NCBI GenBank assembly: GCA_040383445.1
Contig: JBEIDM010000001.1
Coordinates: 1-38,544 of the forward strand
Length of the DNA stretch: 38,544 nt
Direction of reading: 5' to 3'
Source of the DNA: Candidatus Methylopumilus sp.
GTDB taxonomy: Bacteria; Pseudomonadota; Gammaproteobacteria; Burkholderiales; Methylophilaceae
The position numbers and the translations under genes were made by a program. Shown here one piece after another: positions 31,176 to 38,544 of the stretch (positions are counted from its first letter, which is position 1; each line of letters starts with the position of its first letter). The notes under the pieces are model-generated. The model saw only the letters and a program-made list of their open reading frames with translations. It ran no database searches and was not told the origin of the DNA.

Positions 31176-32150
31176 ATGGAATTAAATAATTTATTAACGC
31201 CCTCAGTCTTGTTCTTTGGATTAGGTCTTATGGCGCAATTAATTCGCTCAGATTTAAAGCTACCGACAGAACTCACAAAATCGATTACGATTTATTTACT
31301 CATTAGTATTGGTTTGCATGGGGGTAGGGAATTGGCACATACCTATTTCTCAGATGCGATTCCTTCGATTGGGGTGGCTTTTCTTTTAGGCTTCACCATC
31401 CCCTTAATGGCTTACTTGGTGATACGTAAACTTGGAAAAGTAGATGCATTTAATGCTGTAGCTATTGCCACACATTATGGCTCTGTCAGTGCTGGTACCT
31501 TTTTAACTGCCTTAGCATTTTTAGAGATACACAAAGTCAGTTTTGAGTCTTATCCAATCATTATGTTGGCCATCATGGAAACTCCAGCAATTTTAATTGG
31601 ATTGCTTATGGTATTTTCGATTAGATCTAAAACAACAACTGAAGAATTCATGGACAAGCAGGGTATGAAGGGTATCGTCAGAGAGGCATTTACTAATGGC
31701 AGTATTTTGCTCCTGTTGGGCGGCATGTTAATTGGATACTCAGGCACAGATAAAAGTATGGTGAATATTCAACCTTTCTTTGATCAGCTATTTTATGGGG
31801 TGCTTTGTATCTTTTTATTAGCCATGGGTATGGAAGCAGGTAAAAAGCTCAATGACTTTAAACAAGCTGGATTGTTTCTAATTTGTTTTGGAATTGGAAT
31901 GCCTATATTGGGCGGTGCAATTGGAGTCACTCTAGCGACTTTCGTTTTACACTTTTCAATAGGCGGTGCAACCTTGGTGGGTGTTTTAGCCGCGAGTGCA
32001 TCTTATATCGCGGTGCCACCGGTGATGCGCATGGCGGTGCCGGAAGCAAATCCATCGATATATCTCACATTAAGTTTAGGCGTCACATTTCCATTTAATG
32101 TTGTGATCGGTATTCCTTTGTATTATCACTTAGCTCAAGCATTGGCTTAG
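31176..32150 (+). CDS. sbtA: Sodium-dependent bicarbonate transporter family permease (SbtA-like)
   Basis: About 10 TM segments; RSDLKLP, YLLISIGLHGG, HYGSVSAGTF, ASASYIAVP and SLGVTFPFNVVIGIPLY family motifs. Confidence 0.92.
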   Translation: MELNNLLTPSVLFFGLGLMAQLIRSDLKLPTELTKSITIYLLISIGLHGGRELAHTYFSDAIPSIGVAFLLGFTIPLMAYLVIRKLGKVDAFNAVAIATHYGSVSAGTFLTALAFLEIHKVSFESYPIIMLAIMETPAILIGLLMVFSIRSKTTTEEFMDKQGMKGIVREAFTNGSILLLLGGMLIGYSGTDKSMVNIQPFFDQLFYGVLCIFLLAMGMEAGKKLNDFKQAGLFLICFGIGMPILGGAIGVTLATFVLHFSIGGATLVGVLAASASYIAVPPVMRMAVPEANPSIYLTLSLGVTFPFNVVIGIPLYYHLAQALA

Positions 32151-32160
32151 AGGAGATAAA

Positions 32161-32454
32161 ATGAAAAAAGTAAAACGCGTTGAAATTGTGGTTGAAGCTT
32201 TAGAAAAGCAGGCCATTATTGACTTATTGAAGGCTAACCAATTAGAACATTACACCTTATACAAACATGTTGCAGGCCATGGTGAGCGGGGGATGCGAGA
32301 TGATCAGGTGTTTGGTGATAAGTTTGAAAACGTAGCCTTTGTATTAGCCTGCCCTGAAGAAAGTATTACCAAGCTGATTGAATCAATTCGGCCTGTCCTC
32401 AAGAAATTTGGCGGCATTTGTTTAGTTTCAGATGCCCAATGGGTCATTCATTAG
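32161..32454 (+). CDS. sbtB: P-II-like signal protein SbtB
   Basis: 97 aa; KRVEIVVE, YT...AGHGERG T-loop entry, GGICLVSDA; directly after sbtA with SD GAGGAG. Confidence 0.88.
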   Translation: MKKVKRVEIVVEALEKQAIIDLLKANQLEHYTLYKHVAGHGERGMRDDQVFGDKFENVAFVLACPEESITKLIESIRPVLKKFGGICLVSDAQWVIH

Positions 32455-33245
32455 TCTAGGCGGTAATCAATAATCAATGGCGCATGGTCGCTAAAGCGTT
32501 CGGCCTTGTAAATCTCACATTGACTGGCAGTATTGCCAATGCCTGGCGTGGTGGCTTGGTAATCAATTCGCCACCCTACGTTTTTATCCCAAGCTGCGCC
32601 GCGATTGCTCCACCATGTGTAGCATTCATCGGTCGTGTCTGGATGTATTTTTCGATAAGCGTCGACCCAGCCTAGCTTGCCGAAGATGTCTGTCATCCAG
32701 GCGCGTTCTTCAGGTAAAAAGCCAGAATTCTTTTTGTTGCCTTTCCAGTTTTTAAGATCAGCTTCTTGGTGGGCAATATTCCAATCTCCGCATACTACGA
32801 CTTCGCGCCCACTGGCTTTAAGTGCTTCAAGGTGAGGGTAAAATCTTTCCATGACACTGAACTTCACTTGCTGTCTCTCTTCGCCGCTTGAGCCGGACGG
32901 TAAATAGAGTGAAACAACACTGAGTTTTTTACCGTTTATATTTTCAAATTGCAATTCGATATAACGTCCTTCAGCGTCAATGTCGGCATGGCCTAGTCCA
33001 ATAATTACATTGTCTGGTTTGTGTTTGGTATAGATTCCTACGCCGCTGTAACCTTTTTTTTCGGCGTAGTGAAAGTAGCCTTGGTATCCATTGGGCGTCT
33101 GCATTTCTGGCGTCATATCAGCTTCTTGTGCTTTAAGTTCTTGTAGGCAAATGAAGTCAGCATTTTGCTTTTGCATCCAAGGTAAGAAACCTTTATTCAC
33201 TGCGGAGCGGATGCCATTGAGATTTGCGGATATAATTCTAAGCAA
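32451..33245 (-). CDS. xth: Exodeoxyribonuclease III family AP endonuclease
   Basis: SANLNGIRSA, LQELKA, KKGYSGVG, GDWNIAH, YTWWSNRG, GWRIDY and SDHAPL motifs. Confidence 0.93.
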   Translation of the reverse strand: MLRIISANLNGIRSAVNKGFLPWMQKQNADFICLQELKAQEADMTPEMQTPNGYQGYFHYAEKKGYSGVGIYTKHKPDNVIIGLGHADIDAEGRYIELQFENINGKKLSVVSLYLPSGSSGEERQQVKFSVMERFYPHLEALKASGREVVVCGDWNIAHQEADLKNWKGNKKNSGFLPEERAWMTDIFGKLGWVDAYRKIHPDTTDECYTWWSNRGAAWDKNVGWRIDYQATTPGIGNTASQCEIYKAERFSDHAPLIIDYRLD

Positions 33246-33277
33246 GATAATTCCTTAAAGTTTTTAGAAGATTCTAG

Positions 33278-33925
33278 ATGACGACACAGACAGATTTTAC
33301 AGCGCAGTTTATCGATTTTGCCATTAAAAAACAGGTGTTGCGCTTTGGTGAGTTTAAAACAAAAGCTGGCCGCTTAAGCCCTTATTTTTTTAATGCAGGT
33401 TTATTTAATGATGGCGAGAGCCTCATGAAATTAGGCGAATTTTACGCGGCCGCTATTTTAAAGTCAGGCGTAAAGTTCGATATGTTGTTTGGCCCTGCCT
33501 ACAAAGGGATTACATTAGCCGCGAGTATTTCAATTGCGTTAGCGCGTCAGGGTCATAACTTTCCTTATGCTTACAATCGTAAAGAAGCAAAAGATCATGG
33601 TGAAGGCGGCACGATTGTTGGTGCGCCATTACAAGGTAGAGTGTTGATTGTGGATGACGTGATTTCTGCGGGTACTTCGGTACGTGAATCTGTTGAGATG
33701 ATTAAAGCTGCAGGTGCGATACCAGCAGGTGTGGCGATTGCGATTGACCGCCAAGAACGGGGCTTAGGCGCCTTATCCGCCGTGCAAGAAGTTGAGAAAG
33801 ATAGTGGCATGCCTGTGATTAAAATCGCAACTTTGGCTGATTTAATTCAGTTCTTAGATGGTGCGGGCGACTTGGCAGAGTTTAAGTCGGCTGTGCAGGC
33901 TTATCGTGAGGCGTACGGCATTTAA
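33278..33925 (+). CDS. pyrE: Orotate phosphoribosyltransferase
   Basis: [31 protein letters not shown] and [13 protein letters not shown] motifs. Confidence 0.97.
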   Translation: MTTQTDFTAQFIDFAIKKQVLRFGEFKTKAGRLSPYFFNAGLFNDGESLMKLGEFYAAAILKSGVKFDMLFGPAYKGITLAASISIALARQGHNFPYAYNRKEAKDHGEGGTIVGAPLQGRVLIVDDVISAGTSVRESVEMIKAAGAIPAGVAIAIDRQERGLGALSAVQEVEKDSGMPVIKIATLADLIQFLDGAGDLAEFKSAVQAYREAYGI

Positions 33926-33934
33926 CGGGATTAG

Positions 33935-33973
33935 AGAAATAAAAAAGGCGCATTAAGCGCCCTTTTTATTTCT
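33935..33973. terminator. Bidirectional terminator between pyrE and gatB
   Basis: AGAAATAAAAAAGGCGC-ATTAA-GCGCCCTTTTTATTTCT. Confidence 0.88.
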
Positions 33974-33984
33974 AAGTATCTAGA

Positions 33985-35427
33985 TTAAGCACCAAGTTTC
34001 TTTTTCAGAATCTCGTTCACTTGCGCTGGGTTGGCTTTGCCTTTTGAAGCTTTCATCGCTTGACCAACTAATGCGTTGAACGCCTTTTCTTTGCCGGCTT
34101 TGAACTCTTCAACCATAGCAGCGTTCGCTGCAAGCACTTCATCTACAATCGCTTCAATCGCGCCAGTATCTGAAACTTGTTTTAGGCCTTTGCTTTCGAT
34201 AATGCTGTCGGCATCGCCTTCACCAGACCACATTGCTTCAAATACTTGTTTAGCGGCATTGTTAGAAATCGTGCCGTCCTGAATGCGTTTAATCAAACTT
34301 GCTAACGCGCTTGGCGAAATGGGCGATTCAGAAATTTCTTTGTCGTCAGCATTGAGTTTTGCAGAAACGCTACCCATGACCCAGTTGGCTGCAAGTTTTG
34401 CATCACAACCAGCATCAACAGTTGCTACGAAATAGTCCGCAGTTGCACGTGAGCTAGTGAGTGCGTTTGCATCGTAATGTGCTAAACCATATTGAGCTTC
34501 AAAACGTGCTTTCATTGCTTCAGGCAATTCAGGCATCTCGGCTTTAACTGTGCTGATGTCGTTTTCTGAAATGGCGAGTGGCAATAAGTCAGGATCTGGG
34601 AAGTAGCGGTAATCATTTGCTTCTTCTTTGCTGCGCATGGCACGTGTTTCGCCAGTATCTGGGTTAAATAGAACAGTAGCTTGTTGAATCGTACCGCCAT
34701 CTTCCAACGTTTCGATTTGCCATTGTGTTTCGTACTCAATCGCTTGTTGCATGAACTTAAATGAGTTTAAGTTTTTAATTTCGCGGCGTGTGCCAAGTTT
34801 GTCAGAGCCTTTTGGGCGGACTGAAACGTTGACGTCACAGCGGAAACTGCCTTCTTGCATGTTGCCATCGCAAATGCCTATCCATTGCACTAAATCATGT
34901 AGTTTTTTAGCGTAAGCGACAGCTTCAGCTGCTGAGCGCATATCTGGTTCTGTCACGATTTCGAGCAGTGGTGTACCAGCACGGTTTAAGTCGATGCCTG
35001 ACATGCCTTCTTGCGCGCCGTGCACAGACTTGCCCGCATCTTCTTCTAAGTGAGCGCGGGTAATGTTGATGACTTTTTCGTAAGCCTTATCACCAGTGCC
35101 AACTTGAATCATCATGCTACCTTTACCGACGACTGGTAGTTCGTATTGGCTGATTTGATAGCCTTTAGGTAGGTCAGGATAAAAGTAATTCTTACGTGCG
35201 AATACTGAGCGTGGTGCAATATCAGCGTTTACCGCCAAGCCGAATTTAATCGCGCATTTCACTGCTTCTCTATTTAAAACAGGGAGCACGCCAGGCAGAG
35301 CTAAGCTCACTACACAGGCTTGTGTATTAGGCTCTGAACCGAATTCAGTCGAAGCACCGCTAAAAATTTTAGTTTTGGTTTGTAGCTGGGTATGTGTTTC
35401 CAGCCCAATGACGACTTCCCATTCCAT
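33985..35427 (-). CDS. gatB: Asp/Glu-tRNA amidotransferase subunit B
   Basis: [33 protein letters not shown] and [10 protein letters not shown] motifs. Confidence 0.98.
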   Translation of the reverse strand: MEWEVVIGLETHTQLQTKTKIFSGASTEFGSEPNTQACVVSLALPGVLPVLNREAVKCAIKFGLAVNADIAPRSVFARKNYFYPDLPKGYQISQYELPVVGKGSMMIQVGTGDKAYEKVINITRAHLEEDAGKSVHGAQEGMSGIDLNRAGTPLLEIVTEPDMRSAAEAVAYAKKLHDLVQWIGICDGNMQEGSFRCDVNVSVRPKGSDKLGTRREIKNLNSFKFMQQAIEYETQWQIETLEDGGTIQQATVLFNPDTGETRAMRSKEEANDYRYFPDPDLLPLAISENDISTVKAEMPELPEAMKARFEAQYGLAHYDANALTSSRATADYFVATVDAGCDAKLAANWVMGSVSAKLNADDKEISESPISPSALASLIKRIQDGTISNNAAKQVFEAMWSGEGDADSIIESKGLKQVSDTGAIEAIVDEVLAANAAMVEEFKAGKEKAFNALVGQAMKASKGKANPAQVNEILKKKLGA

Positions 35428-36895
35428 TATTCAATTCCTTCTGGCATTTGTGTGTGCCAATCTGTGACTTTTTGATAAGTATGGCCTGCATTAAGCATGC
35501 GTGCTTCATCAAAATAATTACCGATAATTTGTAAACCGACTGGTAGTTTTTTACCATCTGCGCTTGGCGCGAATCCAGCTGGAATGCTCATGCCTGGCAA
35601 GCCTGCTAAGTTGACCGCAATGGTGAAGATGTCTTGTAGATACATCGAAACTGGGTCATCTGCTTTTTCACCTGCTTTAAAGGCAGTTGATGGTGCAGTC
35701 GGTCCCATGATGATGTCGCATTGTTTGAATGCATTTTCAAAATCTTGAGCAATTAGGCGGCGTATTTGTTGTGCTTTTAAATAGTAAGCATCGTAATAGC
35801 CAGCGCTTAGTACATAAGTGCCAATTAAAATACGACGTTTAACTTCTGCACCAAACCTTCTGCACGGCTCTTGCAGTACATGTCCATTAAATCACCATAC
35901 TCTTTGGCGCGGTGACCATAGCGAACACCATCAAAGCGAGATAAGTTACTTGAGGCTTCAGCTGGTGCAAGGACGTAATAAACAGGAATAGACAGCATAG
36001 TGTTCGGTAAGCTGATATCAACAATCTCGGCACCAAGTTTTTTATACTCGGTAATCGCTTCTTGAACTACTTTGGCAACGTCTGCCCCTAAGCCTTCAGC
36101 AAAATATTCTATTGGTAAGCCCACTTTTAAGCCAGCTAGCGGCTTGTTCAGGTCACGCGTGTAGTCTTCTTTTTCACGGTTTAAGCTGGTGGAGTCACGT
36201 TTATCGAACCCTGTGATGACGTTCATCATCAGCGCCATATCTTCACACGATTTTGCCATTGGGCCGGACTGGTCTAGGGATGATGCAAATGCAATCATGC
36301 CAAAACGAGAAGCAAGGCCGTAGGTTGGTTTTAAGCCTGAGAGCCCACACAATGAAGCTGGTTGGCGAATTGATCCGCCAGTGTCAGTGCCTGTTGCTGC
36401 GGCACACAAGCGTGCCGCAACCGCAGCTGCGCTACCACCTGAGCTACCGCCAGGAACGCGACTTCTGTCCCATGGGTTTTGTACTTTGCCAAAATAGCTG
36501 GTCTCGTTAGATGAACCCATCGCGAATTCATCCATATTGGTTTTGCCTAAATTGACAGCACCTACGCCATCAAAGCGCTCAATAATGTCTGCATCGTACG
36601 GACCAATAAATGTTTCGAGCATTTTTGATCCGCAAGTCGTGCGCCAGCCTTTCGCAACAAAAATATCTTTTTGAGCAATTGGTAAGCCAGTCAGCGCTGA
36701 AGCCTTGCCAGCGGCGAACATGGCATCTGCATGTTTTGCTTGCGCAAGTGTTTTGTCTTTATCTAGCGTAATGAAGGCGTTGATTTCAGGATTAAGCCTG
36801 TCAATGCGATTCAAATACTCTTGCGTGAGTTCAACGCTAGAAATTTCTTTGGCTTGGAGCATCGCGCCAAGTTGTTTTAAGCTTTTATTAATCAT
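35427..36895 (-). CDS. gatA: Asp/Glu-tRNA amidotransferase subunit A, split by a 1-nt frameshift near 35853-35855 (probable sequencing error)
   Basis: [37 protein letters not shown]; adding one T restores [30 protein letters not shown] and joins the 35427-35708 ORF; start MINKSL at 36895. Confidence 0.94.
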
Positions 36896-36902
36896 TTGGG
36901 TG

Positions 36903-37190
36903 CTATTCGATGACTTTAGGAACGAGGTACAAACCATCTTCAACCGCTGGAGCGATTGATTGGAACAGTTCACGTTGGTTGGTTTCTGTGACGACGTCAT
37001 CACGCAGACGTTGAGTTACGTCTTGTGAATGCGACATGGGAACAATGCCGTTGGTGTCTACCGCTTGCATTTGTTCGATGAGGCCAAGAATACCTGTGAG
37101 CTTAGTAAGTGTTGCATCCGCTTCAGCATCGCTGACTTCAATGCGTGCCAAATGGGCAATACGTTTAATATCTGCACTGTTAAGTGACAT
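36903..37190 (-). CDS. gatC: Asp/Glu-tRNA amidotransferase subunit C
   Basis: [17 protein letters not shown]...LRDD...YLVPKVIE; first gene of gatCAB. Confidence 0.95.
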   Translation of the reverse strand: MSLNSADIKRIAHLARIEVSDAEADATLTKLTGILGLIEQMQAVDTNGIVPMSHSQDVTQRLRDDVVTETNQRELFQSIAPAVEDGLYLVPKVIE

Positions 37191-37258
37191 TTCTCTTCTC
37201 AAATCTTAAAATTTGTTTGGATATCAGGTATTATAACTTGATTTTATGCGACATCTAA

Positions 37259-38353
<1,095 letters not shown>

Positions 38354-38380
38354 TTTCTAAAGCAGCATTTGCATCTCAGG

Positions 38381-38418
38381 ATTGCTGGCCTTTGAAATTT
38401 CAGGCCGGCAATTTTTTT
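38381..38418 (+). terminator. Terminator-like hairpin between mreB and mreC
   Basis: ATTGCTGGCCT...AGGCCGGCAAT stem followed by a T run. Confidence 0.7.
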
Positions 38419-38457
38419 AATTAGTTTGTTTTAATAAGGTAAACAGAACAGGGCTTA

Positions 38458-38544
38458 ATGGAATATCAGCAGTCGCCAAAGTTTTTTGTTCGCGGCCCTA
38501 GTGCTTTTGCTAGGCTGATTATGTTTGCTACGCTTTCATTATTG
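38458..38544 (+). CDS. mreC: Rod shape-determining protein MreC, 5' end; runs off the window's right edge
   Basis: MEYQQSPKFFVRGPSAFARLIMFATLSLL resembles betaproteobacterial MreC N-termini; position directly after mreB. Confidence 0.8.
   Translation, partial: MEYQQSPKFFVRGPSAFARLIMFATLSLL

Noticed and set aside
7440-35860. Programmed frameshifting or phase variation as the explanation for the hemL and gatA splits
   Set aside because: Runs are only 3-4 nt, no slippery heptamer was seen, and both are core genes; sequencing error is more parsimonious
36896-37003. N-terminal extension of GatA in the ORF track
   Set aside because: Overlaps gatC in another frame; homology starts at MINKSL (36895)

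Overview
Core-chromosome window from a betaproteobacterium, most likely a Methylophilaceae methylotroph. This is inferred from the PqqA peptide and the gene content and order; no marker search was run. Housekeeping blocks in order: hemE (partial), gltD-gltB, hemL-thiE-thiD, tRNA-Gly(CCC), thiS-thiG-apaG-mltA, a stand-alone pqqA missed by the ORF track, ntrC-ntrB-glnA with sigma54 and NtrC sites, rhodanese-aroE-mtgA, uvrA, yajR-like MFS-ssb, xth, pyrE, gatCAB, mreB and the start of mreC. Two accessory-looking regions stand out. (1) A ~1 kb AT-rich two-gene islet abuts the tRNA-Gly 3' end. (2) A ~7 kb block between ssb and xth has an NhaR-like LysR gene heading an ABC/HlyD/TolC tripartite exporter operon, divergent from the bicarbonate transporter pair sbtA-sbtB, with two LysR boxes between them. 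The ABC subunit keeps Walker A but lacks the Q-loop Gln, LSGGQ, Walker-B Glu and switch His, and no cargo gene is present. This block is the best candidate for an undescribed system. Other points: a terminator/anti-SD structure in the gltB leader, an apparent ACG start for gltD, and a predicted leaderless sigma54 ntrB transcript. Single-base lesions in hemL and gatA look like sequencing errors, which lowers confidence in other single-base oddities such as the internal stop in the TolC gene.
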